A stretch of DNA of 63,756 bases, filler included, from Choristocarpus tenellus KU-1152 (GCA_964200185.2; 10 parts of 10 records of this genome joined end to end with filler, not necessarily neighbours in it); one strand, 5' to 3'. Shown: positions 40,469 to 54,924, counted from the whole stretch's first letter. Notes: generated by a model from the sequence alone, not told the origin. Made by a program: numbers and translations.

Positions 40469-41594
40469 GGAAAAATAAAAAATAGACAAAAACCCCAATG
40501 TGCCTGCAACACAAAAGTTCAAAAGCTCTTCTACAGGAAAAAGTAAAGCCCTAGCATTCAAATACATTAAAAAAAAACAAAATTACCCCCCAAGACGGGC
40601 AAGGGCATGGGGGGGGGGGGGGGGGGGGGGGGGGGGGGCGGTTCAAAAATTGAGGGCATGGGGGGCTTTTTGCGCCCTTTGGGNNNNNNNNNNNNNNNNN
40701 NNNNNNNNNNNNNNNNNNNNNNNNNNNTTAATTAATTAANNNNNNNNNNNNNNNNNNNNNNNNNNNNNNNNNNNNNNNNNNNNGTGAAAAACGGACGCCG
40801 ACACTCCCCCCCAGATACTTTGACCCATTCTTTCTGAGTTAAGAGTATCTGAAAAGTCTCATGGATATGAGAGAATGGGGGAACAGTGTGTTCCCTCTAA
40901 AAATTGCGGGAAGTACAACATCTGGCATAGGCAAGTCGTTGGACAAGACCTACAGCTCAAGGATTCAATAATTGTATAGGACGTTGATCAGGCTTGAAAT
41001 TTGACTCTTCCCTAAGGTAACACTTAGAGATGGGAATGTCACACACACACTACCTCGAGGAATCAAATCGGGAAGAGATAAGGTTTGGGCCAAGGTCAAC
41101 AGCTCCTTAAGCAAGCACCTGCAATCACCAAGATCTGAGTCGATTTTTTTGCTAGTTTGAATGAATCAGCAATACATTCTTCCACATGTTGCCTGTAGCA
41201 TTGCGAGCAAATGTGACACTATGAGCGAGCTGAGTTTCCTCTACGAAGCTAGGAATGATACCCTTGCGTGAGAGAGTGAGAAATGTTACCTGAATACTCT
41301 CATCTCTATCACACCAATTCCAACTTGATCAGACACGCCATCTCCACCTCTACCCCAACTCCATTGTTGGCTATGTCTCAATAGTTTGGTCAGTAGGCTG
41401 TATGGCAGTTAGAAAAGCTGCTGAGGTACAATGGAATCCCCTTTCCCTGTATTGAGCTACCCTTGCGTGCCACACAGTTGTGCTAAACATATTTTCAGAA
41501 TAGAACAGTTGTCAGCTTTTCCTTTTCTTCTGATTGCCGCCAACATATACATACATATATACAGACTCCTTGCATATTGTGTTGCTTACATCAC

Positions 41595-43250
41595 CTCAGC
41601 AGTGTAGTTTTTGTAAGAAGGACCACAGCCAGCATCTTCGCATGTCCTCGCTTTACCTTGGCCATCATGCTCTACAGCAGGTACATGCTGTACAGAACTT
41701 TGGTTGGACAACCCCGCCTTTGCCTTGTTCCCCTTAGATCCTCTTTTGTTTTGAGATACCATTGCAATTGTGCCTGCTGAGCGTGTTGAGGTGTTGAGGT
41801 GACTTTTCCCCCAACTATTTCCTCCTGTTCAATAGGGTATGGTTACAAGAGTTGTTGAGGTGATGGGTGCAAAGGAGAGAGGGTTAGCTACTCGTACAGA
41901 GCTCATGCAGCGTTGTGGTTGAGTATGAATATATGTGTGTGTGTGTGTGTGGCCAGGGCTGCATAAAAACAAACAAGATATTCCAAGTGACTTATATATA
42001 CAAACATACAGACAGCAACATACTCAACTAACCTCTATGTGACTCTCTTAACGCAGCCTTGTGCAGACCAGCTTTCTCGCCTTCCTCAGGACACTGAAGA
42101 TCGTACATTTCTCTGCTAGCATCACATGAGGGGAGCAAGGGAAGACCTTGACGTTCCCCTCTCTCACAAATCTCCTCCCCTTTACTGGCTACTCTAGATA
42201 TTCCTTTAAGATCCACCTCATCTGTTGTCCCTCTTTCCATCTCCACCACAGCCTGACGATTCAGGGGGGTTGCATAATAATCGCTTCAGGTGATGAGAGA
42301 AATTATCTTAGGGGGTGGAGCCGCGTCCATTTTGGGACCAAAGCACAATGTTGCAATTTTGATGTAATTTTGACTATCATGTTTGTTAGGAGATATCAAT
42401 ATCCTTGTTCCGGACACAACTTTTCATAACGTACACATTTTACCTACTCCGAAACATTTTGGATTAGGTAAGATGTCATTGAGACCAAGAAGCCAAGCCC
42501 CAAATGGACAAATAGGGCAAAACTAGTATCCTCTAAGATACTTTCACCCTGATTTTTTCAATATAGAGAGTAGTACATTGATGCAATAGTGAGAATACAC
42601 GGAGTGTTGGACACATGGCCACGGTTATGCAACCAGGTACAGAAATATGCGATCACTCCCCTCCCCTTTGATCAATCTTGGTGGAGTCAATTTCACTCCT
42701 CGCTACACCTCCGGTGTCATGTAGATGGCACCTGCATGACGGCCCGTGTCTCGATAGCCTTCTCCTCTACTCTGCTCTTGAGATCCAGAGGAAAGCAGTA
42801 CTTGTCTTTTCTCCTGGAGTCATTTTCCCTCCCGTATGTCAGGGTTGTCATATGCCTGCCATGACGTGGAAGGTTTTCACGTTGTTGCTTCTTCTGCTTC
42901 CCTTGTGTATGCGACTTAGTATCAATCTCTTCTTCCTCCAGTGACTGTCCACCCGAATGAATTGTCCCCTGTTGCAGCGAAGTGCCCTCTTCATCCTCGT
43001 CCTCACCCTCATCACCATTCTCACCCCTGCCGTTACTTCCTTTGGCAAAACTACACCCCCCAATGTAGCTGATATCTTCACCGTTGCATCCACTTCCATC
43101 TTTTCCCGTGAAGCTTAAAGGTACTTCACTCGGATTGTCAATGGGGGACCCAGCCGAGCAGCCAGCGCGGACAATAGTGTGCGGCAAAGATTGGATCTTG
43201 ATGGAGCGGTCTCGAGATGCTGTGAGGAGTGACAGAGGATGCTCTATCAC
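41595..43250 (-). CDS. Multi-exon host gene with a WD40-like motif (exons 43250-42732, 42252-42033, 41776-41595)
   Basis: Three AG/GT-bounded open exons with compatible phases (0-0, 0-1, 1-0). The first begins VIEHPLSLLTASRDRSIKI (WD40-like LLTASxDxSIKI). Confidence 0.65.
42295..42549 (+). mobile_element. MITE family A, intronic copy
   Basis: GAGAGAAATTATCTTAGGGGGTGGAG...CTCTAAGATACTTTCACCC; perfect 4-bp TSD TGAT. Confidence 0.92.
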
Positions 43251-46200
43251 CTGCAAGTAGAATAGCAGGTAGGACTGTCGATGAAATAATAGATGGCATA
43301 TGATATACATACTTCTCCGACCAAAAAAATCGAAAATCTTTCAATCGAGTTTTTTACTCAAAAACTCCTAAATTTGAGGAATGGGTAATACACAGAGTGT
43401 AGGGAATGTTTTCCTTGCCACACAGGAATCTGTTCGACCTAATAAAGTGTTTGAGAGTATAATTGGCAAGCTGTGATCGATCATGGGGCAAATGGAAAGC
43501 AAATACCCTTGACTGGAGAATGAAAACGATTTGTTTTGCACATTTTATCATGACTCCAGGTGGAGTTGGCCACTGCGATGACGATAGTGACGTCTGAACA
43601 AAAAACGACTTGTGCCTTGAATTCTAAGACTCCTTACATCTAAAGAGTCTATTGTCCTGAAATATAAGTGTAGCACCGGTACCTACCACAAGAATCCAAA
43701 TGCTCAAGCCAATTCTTTGAGTTTCATGACCAAATTTTGAGGGTTGCTTCATTTTGACGCTTAGGAAGAAATATATTCTTCTACTTTTTTCTTATTGCTC
43801 CAACCTGCGGAGGTAAGGTTCAATCATTTTGGTCACCCCATGTTTATTTCCCAAGGTACTGAAGAATGAATATATTCTGCATCTAGATGGGATCAACCCT
43901 GGAGAAGTGCACTTTAAAACTCAAAATAATCGAAGTGAGCATCTTTGTTTGTTGCTAAATCTTCTCAGTCGGATCAGCCTTTGGAAGGGGTCTTGTCTAC
44001 AGATCAAACAACCAAAATGTTAATCAGTGCACTACCATCAAGTAAAGCATTGTCAACTGTACTGCTTTGATTCGACCACCACATGCTCATTATACTTCTC
44101 CCTCAGGCCACCATACCACCTTGCCAATTCACCACCTAGGCTGCTTCATATTTTGAAAGGGATACATGACAAAAGAGGTGAGGAATATTAAACTTGCTGG
44201 GTTTGAGAAAAAGAAGGTGAAGCGATAAGTGAATGGAGAGAATGGAGGAAATACACGTGTGGTGCTCCTGGTTGAAGAAAGAGACGTCATGACTGGATAG
44301 AGAATTGTGGGTGATGCTTGAAGTATCAATATAGTTGTGCACACCACTGGGGGTCATGCTCAGCGGAAGATAACATAGTATGTAGGACTATCAACACGTT
44401 TCCTCAAGATTTGGGAGGGGGGACGATGGTATTGCACCCATGTAGGTGAATTAAGAAAAAACTCACTCATCATATCATTAAGTACATTAACGGGGATGTT
44501 TTCACCCTCTCGAACCTTTCAGACACACTGATGGCTCAAAGTATCGGGGGAGGGGGGGGGGGGGGGGGGGGTGCAACAGGGGGGAGGGGAAAGGAAGCAG
44601 GCTAAAAACCCGACCCCCCATANNNNNNNNNNNNNNNNNNNNNNNNNNNNNNNNNNNNNNNNNNNNTTAATTAATTAANNNNNNNNNNNNNNNNNNNNNN
44701 NNNNNNNNNNNNNNNNNNNNNNGTGGGATAGTTCAACACCACACTCCCTCACTCTCTCGACAACAAAGCAACGGGTCCGGACAATATTGAGGAATCGTCG
44801 TCTTGGTTGTTCAAGGTACCACATCCGTCGCACCACAGATGTACGATGACGACCCGCCAGTCACTAGGGGATCTCTCTAACAACGGGACTGAACTCGTGG
44901 ACTTCGGAGGAGTAGACCCCAGGACATCCCAAAGGCAAGACCACGTCTGGTCGCAGCGAGACAAACTCCAATGTGGCCTGTGCGTTCTGTAATTGCCTCA
45001 ATGGGGGATTAGCGCTTGAAGACTAGGCATAGCGAAGCATATAGTCACCATACCCTTCCGAAATCACACATTTGCATCGAAATCCGAGAGACGTGGTATT
45101 CACTAGTTCCGCTGTAGTTCCAAGCCGGTGACGCACACCTCCTCCCATAAAGAGCAGAACGAAACCTATCGACGAAGTTTGTGTGCTCTGATATCTGCGT
45201 TCCGATACCTATCAGAATCAAACAATGTTCCTTGCGGTTTCCGTTTCCGATCCCAACCATAGCACCTGTCCCGACCCTAACCTTATGCCCTAACCCTGAC
45301 ACTCTCTCTCACCCTTACAAGTTAATGAAATAATACCGAATCATGTTTCGCCCTTCCTTCATCTGTTCGCCTCATGTCATACTTTGTCGTACTTTACCGT
45401 TGGTCAAAGTACAGCAAACATTGCGGCTGTCCACATACAAACCTATTTAAAGTCACACACATCATGTCATTTTTGCAGAACATTGTTCCACAACAAAGTG
45501 TGGCGAAAGTTGCTGCGGTCGACATACCAACTTTTTCGAGCCACACACCCCCAAACCATCGTCCTGGACTCACCACAAACCTCAATCGCTATCTCATATC
45601 CCCCATAGAGCAAGGGGCGCATACGATGTTATGCGCATGTGGGGCTATGTGTTGACCTACATCACATGTAATGTTCAGTATTGCTTCCACAAAATCCGTA
45701 GTACACTTTAGTTTACCGTTCGTCAGAACACGTCAATTGTGATACATACATGAGCTAATGGTGTCAGGGGCGACACCCACCATGCACCTATCAAGTGCTT
45801 CCCAACAAAAATTCGTACCAAAACACATTTTATACCATTCGACAAACTACCCCCAATCACTTCGTCCTACATGCTTCATCATACGTTTTGGTAACCTTTT
45901 GTATGTGGCTCGCGATTGACCGCATATGCAACGCACACATTTTCAGGAGAATCTAATCGGGGCAGTTTCGGTTGTTGATGCATTAAATACACCCTTCTCC
46001 GTGCTTTCAAAGTGGGGTGTCATCCACCACGGCCCTTTTCCGTGGAACACCTCGTGACCAAACATCATGCAAGCACCTTTCCCCGAAGAAATATGCAGTA
46101 TTACTTATGTTCGCATAATGAGGGTCGATCACTAGTGTCAAAGGAAACAAACCCACCCAACTTACATCGTGACCTCCTTTGGATCCCACTCAGGAGACGA

Positions 46201-47054
46201 GGACTAAAGAGACTGTCCAAGTCCAGTGCCGCCCGTTACTGGAAGAAATCCAAAACGGACCAGATAATGGACCTCTTCCTCTCCATGTTTGTCAACCACG
46301 ATGGCTCAGAGGAGATGGAAGGAAGCGGCCGCACTTGAAACTACTTTGCCTCTTAGTTGTTGGATGAGAAGAGCAGGTTTGCACCATTGGCAAGTGCGTT
46401 GCGAGTTGCGTCGGGTCGGGAACAACGCGAGTCAACGCCTGATCTCCTGGTTTACACATTCCTCCAATGTGTAAAGAAAGATCTTAGCACCGAGCATACA
46501 CGCCAGGTGTACAAAACCGTCCTATTCGGCATCGCTCCTGATGTCGAAATAGGCGATGACGGGGTGACATCCAAGCTTCAACCACTTCTGTCCATCACAG
46601 CAAAAAAGTACGACATCAGCATCGACACACTAAGGTCATCCGCCGAAAAACGCACGGAATTCCTGCGAGACATGCGGCGACAGGCGAGCCCATCCGAATC
46701 GGCTGCAGATGACGCTGGGGGCTTCTCTCCCAGCTCAAACATACACGCCACTCACAACTTTACTCAAGGCACCACCCACAGGTATGGAAGTTCGTTTCCC
46801 GCAATCATCAACAGTGTGACACACAGAACGTCCCCCCCGGGCGAACACATCACTGTATGTAGAAAACCGTTTCATGACTAACAGGGATGCCTGGATGATC
46901 TCTCATATTCTGTTGCACAACCGACACACGCCCTATATCTCCCATCGTTACTCGCACAAAACGGCAGACCAAGGGTGTTCGACGTGAGAAGGGACAACTC
47001 CTCACGACAGTTCCATGTACAGTATCCTGATACACATGTTCTGGGTATCACAGT

Positions 47055-47313
47055 GAGTGAAAGTATCTTAAGGGGTACAAGGTTTGCCCTGTTTGTCCAT
47101 TTGGGGCTTGGCTTCCCATGGGGTATTTTAATGACATTTTCTACTCCAAAATGTTTCGAAGTAGGTAAAATGTATACGTTTCGAAAAGATGTGTCCAAAC
47201 ATGGATATTGACACTTCTTAACAAACACGATAGCCAAAATTACATCAAAATCGCAACATAGGAAACTAGCCCCCAAAGTGGACGCGGCTCTACCCTCTAA
47301 GATACTTTAGCTC
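47055..47313 (-). mobile_element. MITE family A inside the transposase pseudogene
   Basis: TIRs as in family A; 3-bp TSD AGT. Removal gives HVLGITVWDSNSTAM. Confidence 0.95.
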
Positions 47314-50300
47314 AGTGTGGGACAGCAACAGCACCGCCATGCCCCACGATCCGGTCACATCTCATGATCCCACCCAGGGAATGCACTCCTTAGACCCGCA
47401 TACGAACAAGAGAGTTTGCCATTCGGATGCACTGTGCCAACTGCACGCTCAGAGGTACTCGACATTAGCGAGTGTCATCCTCAAAAATATTGCGCGTATC
47501 CACCCCGACACGTCATGGATTAATCACTGTGTAACATGTTCACCCTCCAACAAAACTGTGACATTACACTACGTGCACATGGTGCAACCGACGTCACAAC
47601 AGGTCACAGATTGGGACAGATGAGGGTGTCTATGCCAACTTCAAAGAGAGATTCGAACAGGAGGGGACCTCAGGACCAATACCTTGTCTGTCAACATTCG
47701 TGAAGTGGAGACCGTTTTACATTTCAAAGGCCACGCCAAGGCATGTGCGGAAATAGTCCCTCGTTTTTTGGGGTACACGCTACAGTGGCGACCGGGCAAC
47801 TCTATGTTTCCTAACCACCACAGGATAGCCAGTCACGTACTGCATCATCAGTGTCCACACACAAGGGAGGATAACCCACCGACCGCATTCCTCCCTCCAA
47901 TCTCCCGCGCAACACAGATCATGCGTTTGCATCCACCATTTGGTCACCGACCTCCAGGTTCAGTGCCTAAGAGAGAACTGGAAGAAAGTGCATGCGAGAA
48001 TGAGCTTTCGCGATGATGGGCAACGCGCTTGCACATGCACATGCGAATTCTGCGACAAAGGCAAAGGATGCGGGTCTAAAAAAGTGGAGACTGCACTCGA
48101 AAGTGGTGCTCATCTAATGGCCTTCCTCTTGTTAGCTTGTCTTCCAAACCACATCCTTGACGTGGCGAATGTGTTATCGCGACGAGCTGTAATGGTATCC
48201 AAAATAATGAGATCACTAAAGATACATACACCAACGTACACACCCACTACGTACTCTACATATGTACTGCGGTCACAGCCAGACTCCACTAGTGACGTTC
48301 CATCCGCTACTCAAACATCCACACTGACAACAAAAACCGCTCATGGACTGATCAAAACAAAACAGATGCGACAGGACTGTGCTGGAACCCCTCAGCGGAC
48401 CGTCCTCTGGCGGCTCCTTGGGCTGTTTCAAAAATTAATGTATCGACAGTACATGTTACCTGTGCAACTTGAAATCTCATCCCATGTGGAAGTGCCCTTG
48501 TATGTTAGACTCTCACAGCACCCGTCTCACATGGAACGAGTTCGTCCACGCGTACACCCCGGTGGTAGAGGCGGATCTGCAGCAAAAGGCTTGCCAGGAA
48601 TTAAAGGTGGGCCTTATCCAAACACTCACCACCAACCAAATAAGTTTTGTAGACGAACCTGTCCAGTTCCACCCTCACGGCGGGTACAGGACCGACGCAG
48701 CAACCTGCGCAATGTGTCGACCAAACCCAGTGTAAACATCCAAACCACACACCCATGCTGCAATAAAGCTATATATATATATACCCGCCTACACTGCCAC
48801 ACTGGCGCTGTCGTCTAGACTTGGCATCGTCACCCCAAGCGGGACCACCAAAGACGACATGTGATCAAGTTGATCACCGAAAAATTTGCGGAGCTGAGGG
48901 CGGACAATCTCATGACGGACGATTTGATTATCGCTAAGTGCATGGTGGGAGAGTCCGCCTCCGACCTCAGGAGGAACAGGACCGAGGATAATGACAACGA
49001 AGACGCCACAGGGCCCACGGACAAACACAGTCAGAGGCGAAAGGTGAGAACGACATTTTCATTCCAATAATAGTTACGCTGTACATTTGCATGTGTCTCA
49101 CACACGGCGTATTGGTCAAACAACCAGCAGATACTCCCTTCCACAGCACCGTACATAATCGGTTACACCAGAGAACTCAGTCCGAATCACCACGACCTAC
49201 GGCCACCAGTACCAACTCCCGATACGCGACCACCTCGCCCATTCCATGCAGGTGCTGTTCCCAAGGACAGAGGGATTCCCCACACTCCTAAAAGACACAT
49301 TTGCAAACTTCGAGAAAAGCTTCTTCCTTCATCACAACACCGCCATTTGGCAGGCGCAACAATACAGGCACTGCAAAGTCCGCCTCCCCAAAGGACATGC
49401 CGCCATGTCCATGGACTTCAGCGCCCACCTGCAACACAACCACCAGGACTTGACACAACAAGAGTTCTTCAACCTATTCCATACGGCGCTTCTGATCATT
49501 GTCTGGTGGTTGACGGATTTCAGAGAAGAGGGAAATATCGGGAATGGAAGGGTTTGGGCTCACAGCATGACGGTGTGCAGTGAAGACCGAAGCCAGGACA
49601 ACGAGTTCGTCCAGAATGCCGTGGGAATGCTTGTGAAGGACCGCCTAATACCTCTAGCCAGTGAATACGGACAGACTCTAGAGGTCCTGCACATCTGGTC
49701 TGATGGCTGTGGGAGTCAATTCAAGAACAGATGGCAGATGTGGTAGGTTTCACAGTCTTTAGCGCGGATGGGAATTTCCGTGGTACATAACTTCTTTGCC
49801 TCATGTCACAGCAAGTCCTTGTCCGATGGAGTCGGGGCTGCGGTGAAGTCTGCCGCCAGGAGACTGGAACTGCACGGAGTGCGCATGCCGGGAACCTCAT
49901 CTCTAGTGGATACTATCAAGGCAACCAAAACTCAGTACACCTTGAGGGATCCGACACCAGAGGAAGAGGGGCGCTATCGCAAAGGTCAGAAGGTTCCTCC
50001 CGGGCAGACAATCGTGACAAAGGTAGGCACACTCCACTCGACGACCCTCCTCGCCCCCCCACCCACAAATTCCGCCTCTGTTTGCCATTGATGGCGACAA
50101 CCCCGACACGTACACCCCTCACCCACGTATATAACAAACACACAACATATATCGTTAGAACTTATGCCACACCCGTCACTCCCTTCACATCGACACGATG
50201 CGTCGCGTCAAGATAACACAATTGCACTTATGAAATGACTGCACAGATTGTCCATACACACCTACAACCATCACCGCCTTTTCTCGTAGAAGTCTGCCAA

Positions 50301-51594
50301 TCGATAAACTTGCGCAAAAATTACGAATTCCTCTTTTCTTCCCAGCGCCAACGTCGACAATATACCCATCGCTTGTAAGAGGATCACATACCACATACAC
50401 TACATACACGATTCCCCCCGCCCCCCTGGACCTGATCCATCCTTACCACTCGCATCGATCTGCACCCTCCCGCTCCTTCATAAATCATACACTAAGCACG
50501 CAATACATACCGTTGACCTATTATGTCACATCCACACCTTCCCCCGCGTTGACACCATAGGTCACATGATAAATACACACACACATTTATTCACGAACCG
50601 CACACTGTCCGTGCACACTTGCAACCACCGACCTCGATTTAGAATGAGTCTGCCAATCGGTAAACCAACCATAAACTCCAAGTTTTTGTTTCCTTTCACG
50701 TTACAATGTCTGCCACATATACTGTGTACGCTACATGGACAGACACCACCCTCTCACGTGTATGATTTTCCCCAATCACAACAATTGATATCTGTTTGCA
50801 ACTCGCGACACTCTGCACCCACGAGTCCCTTGCACACATATATTCCACCAAGGCAACAGATTTGGTGCACACATTATGTCACATCCGTGCCTTCCCTTGA
50901 TGCCGACAACACGAGTCACAATATGATCGCTCATAGCGTGGTCGTCAAGCGACCGCACAAAGTCCATGCGGTCTTGCAGCCATGACACTCTACTTCTCGT
51001 TAGTCCGCCAGTCGGCAAAAACTAACCAGAAGAAACTCCAGGTTTGGGGTTTCATCACACGCTCCCATCCGTCATTACCAAACACTTCTTACTGCGATAG
51101 AGGTATCACTTATCAATACAAAGGAAATATGCAATCACATAGAAGCGGTCACAGCACAATGCCTCGGTGCCGACGCTAACTCCATCACTAACCGCCCCTC
51201 CCCCCATACGCCCAATCGCCACAACCCTTAGGATTGGACGGACAGGGATAGCAGACAGCACAGTAACACATACACAAAGCTTCTACACATCGACACGTTC
51301 CGCACACAGGAGATAGTCCACCTTCCGTCTTACAAGATTGACCGTGTGGGACAACACGACCCACGTGTCCCAAACCTCAGTGGAATCAAGTCCATGCACA
51401 GGTTCTTCACTGGTCAGCTCACACCCGGCGGCTCACGAACATTGGTATACACCGAACTGTCGTGCTATTGCACGAACTGTTCCATCGGCAACCTCGCCCA
51501 ATGCAGGTGGCAACCAATCCACGTGCCCCCACTCAAGGAAATAGACCTCGGATTTTCCACCGAAGCGGGAACAGGTGATACGTATCTGAGAAGT

Positions 51595-51853
51595 GAGCCA
51601 AAGTATCTTGGAGGGTAGAGCCGTGTCCATTTGGAGACCAAAATCCAAAGTTGCTATTTTGAAGTAATTTTGGCTATTGCGTTTGTTAGGAAGTGTCAAT
51701 ATCCTTGTTCTGGACACACCTTTTCGTAATGTACACATTTTGCCTACTCTGGACCACCTTGGAGTAGGAAAATGTCACAAAAAAACACATGGGAAGCCAA
51801 GCCCCAAATGGACAAATAGGGCAAACCTCGTACCCTCTAAGATACTTTCACTC
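51595..51853 (+). mobile_element. MITE family A inside the transposase pseudogene
   Basis: TSD AAGT. Removal gives GDTYLRSHLSRKKRQLTEG in frame. Confidence 0.95.
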
Positions 51854-54769
51854 AAGTCATCTGTCCAGGAAGAAGAGACAGCTCACCGAGGGGAACATAT
51901 GCATTGTGCGGACGCAACCATCGGAGTACAATGGTATAGAGTTCTTGCTGTTCACTTTCCACCGCAAGGACACGATTCAATGGAATGCCAGACACCACTC
52001 CAGCTACGGAGGGATGTTCAGTGCTGGAGATGAGATCGTCTTTGTCACTGAAGACTTCGAGGTGCTGAATGCCAGCTTCATTGATGGCGTGCCAACTGTC
52101 CACATGTCACGGACGGACAATGTGGGTAACGCTTCTTATTGCTTCCAACACAAAACAATGCCCCACACGAATGAATCCACACTGTCCCTATACACATGTC
52201 ACATATCCCCTTATATCCCCTCTAACCAACATAGAATTCCTCCCCCATGACGTCCAACCCTGGCATCCAAACCAGTGTCATTTTGTTCTCCCAACCTGCA
52301 ACCGCCACTGACACCTTTCAAGCAATATTTCACAACTTACGTAGGGCGAATAAACGCGTCCCAACCGTTCGTTACGCTGCCTNNNNNNNNNNNNNNNNNN
52401 NNNNNNNNNNNNNNNNNNNNNNNNNNTTAATTAATTAANNNNNNNNNNNNNNNNNNNNNNNNNNNNNNNNNNNNNNNNNNNNGTCCTCCTGTGGGTCTTC
52501 CCGCTCCCCTTCATTACGAAGAACCTGTCGGTTGTTTCCACCTGTTTCACATTTTCTCTTTTCTTTATACATAAAAAAATCCTTCTTCCCTTGGAATATA
52601 TATCTTGTTTTTCCTACAAGACAATCCCTACATGTCATCCACCATGATAACAAGATACTCCCTATTGCACTTAAGTCTGCGACGTTAGGGGTGTAACTTC
52701 TCGAGATGACCTATGATGAATAAACGTTTTTATACGTTGGATTCCTTGATGCATTTAATGTGGAATTCATTGGTCGCTTTCCTCGTCCCCATCAATCCAC
52801 CTATCCGCCACCCCGTCGAAAGCCCCTCTGTCGATTCTGACTGATTTTAGCAGACTTCTTTCCGGGGTGCTGTACCTCAAATTGTTACCCCCAAGAGCCT
52901 TCAAAACTTGATTGTACCGCCTACCACACCCTCCTTAAAGTAATTACGCCGTACGCGCCGTACATACTCTTCTTTACCCCAATCACAAGGTCATCTATCG
53001 TGCCATAACGCTCCCTCCAAACTCTACTTTTTCAGAATGCAAAGAACCCCAAATCGTTTATATTGAGATCAGGTGACTGTCCAGGCTGAGTTACGAGCTT
53101 GAGTTCTGCCGACCCTCCCTGTCGGCTTCGTTGAGCATCTGCGTTGTGTCTTTCTCGTATGGAGGGTCACTCTGTCCTACTGTACGACCACCTCTTCACC
53201 CTCCAACAACGGTATTTTTACCTTCATTGGGGGGGGGAAAGTATCCACGTATCACTCTACGTCGACGGTCACATCAAAGTCATACTGCTGCCCCCTCTCG
53301 TGGCGGGCCGAATTTCTCTCTGCCTGCTTCATGACGCCAACACGCCAGATTCCGATCTTGCCGTCGAAATCGGGGGAAGGATCTGAGCGCGAAACGGCCT
53401 AGACGAACAAACCTTGGCAATATGACTCTTGTACTGTACTTTGGTGGAGCCCACCCTTTCCTCCCCGAAGAACATGCAGACACGCTCCTCGTTGTGGATG
53501 AGGTAGAACCATCCTTCGTCGATATGAATGATGTTGAGGCTACTTCTGCAATTGATGCGGTTCCTTGGTGCTTGGCTACAGGAATAGCGTCGCAGGTGGT
53601 CCGAAGGCTAAGCGAGACCATACCACTCTTGGCTGGGTGCTGAGATGTTGTGTGACAATGGAGGGGCATTGTGCCCGTAGCCAGGTGTAGCGCACGGACT
53701 GAAAATGGGGGCGAAAAAAGGATCGTGTTTTGGTTCCACTTCTCAGAACAAATTCGGAACTATTTCGGAACAAATGCGAAAATGAATAATCCCTTCCGAA
53801 CAATTTGAGTAATACATCACTGGCAAAGTCTCAGTATTATACACAACTAAACTACTTACACTTCATCAATTAAATGTAAGTAACAGTGGATAAGAAACAA
53901 CCGCTAAACACTTGTTTACATACAAAATACTATGTCGTTAGTGTAGTACCTGATACTACGATAATATTGTAGTATTAATATTAGTATGTTCTCCTTCTAT
54001 TATGGTTGGTGTTATTTCTTTGATTTCTTTGCATGGTCTTTCCTCTTTTCCAGAATCAATTTTTATTGCTTTAGTTTATGTTTTGTTGCTCACTTTGTTA
54101 CTCTAGTTTTTCCTTGATGATAGCCCCTTCCAACACATCAGCTGGCGTGATGTATACAAAGACATGCACGCATATTCCAGAGTACATACAGGGGAAGGAA
54201 CTAAACATCTATATTTTATAGTCACCATCACTCATCATCATTATTGGAAACACAGAAGGTGATCCGTCTTATTATGTAGAGTGGAGTTAGTTCAAGGTTA
54301 GTATATACATGTGTGTGTGTGACCTTGTTATTTCGATTCCTATCTGTATGTGGATGGAGACTCGTTCCTAGTAGTGTAGCCTTAGCATAGTACGAAAGTT
54401 CACCCACTGAAGTAGTAGAATAATGAGGTGACGTCCAAAATTCGACTTTTTTTTCAGGTATGTGTAGAATGTCTTCTGAATTGTGTGGGAAAGGTTTCAA
54501 ATAATAGAGAAATAAACGTTCTCAAGTCAAAGTTAGAACTTCATCCACAGAATTATGGGCGAATGGCAAAAGATGAACAGACTTAAAAATGCAAATCTGG
54601 TAAAACCTGGCTACCTCTCGTTTACCTTGACTCACTAATATGTTCACAGCTATTTGACTTTACTGCCTCTTTCTCGACACATTAACATGCTAATATTCAC
54701 CCTCCTCAAATAATGTGTAGCACATGTGAGGAAGCATGGATAGGCTACATTTCATACACATTTACTACA

Positions 54770-54924
54770 GACCCTACACCAGGGGTGTCCATTTGGGTCA
54801 AAATCAGGAAAAGTGTGTTTTACATTATCCATCTGAAATATGCAACCAAATCATCCAAAAATTGCGACATGAAAAAATTGACCCCAAATGGACAGCCGTC
54901 ACCCCCCCCCAGATACTTTGAGAT
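54770..54924 (+). mobile_element. MITE family B with a deletion inside the left TIR
   Basis: GACCC|TACACCAGGGGTGTCCATTTGG...(C)nAGATACTTTGAG. Confidence 0.85.

Larger units (their letters stand above)
45948..52200 (+). pseudogene. Intron-containing Sola2-like DNA transposase pseudogene
   Basis: Core 49251-50022: MSMDFSAHLQH, VCSED, HIWSDGCGSQFKNRWQ, HNFFASCHSKSLSDGVGAAVK, with an in-frame TAG at 49744. A phase-0 intron (50023-51309) leads to GIKSMHRF...ELSCYCTNC. Cys-rich upstream parts (CTCTCEFCDKGKGC). Family assigned from recalled motifs; 5' boundary approximate. Confidence 0.75.

Noticed and set aside
47053-47315. MITE copy as an already functional perfect intron
   Set aside because: GTGAGT...CTCAG splicing would delete 1 nt and shift the frame, and the host gene is a pseudogene.
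52700-53800. GC-richer ORF cluster
   Set aside because: No motif or consistent exon structure supports a call.
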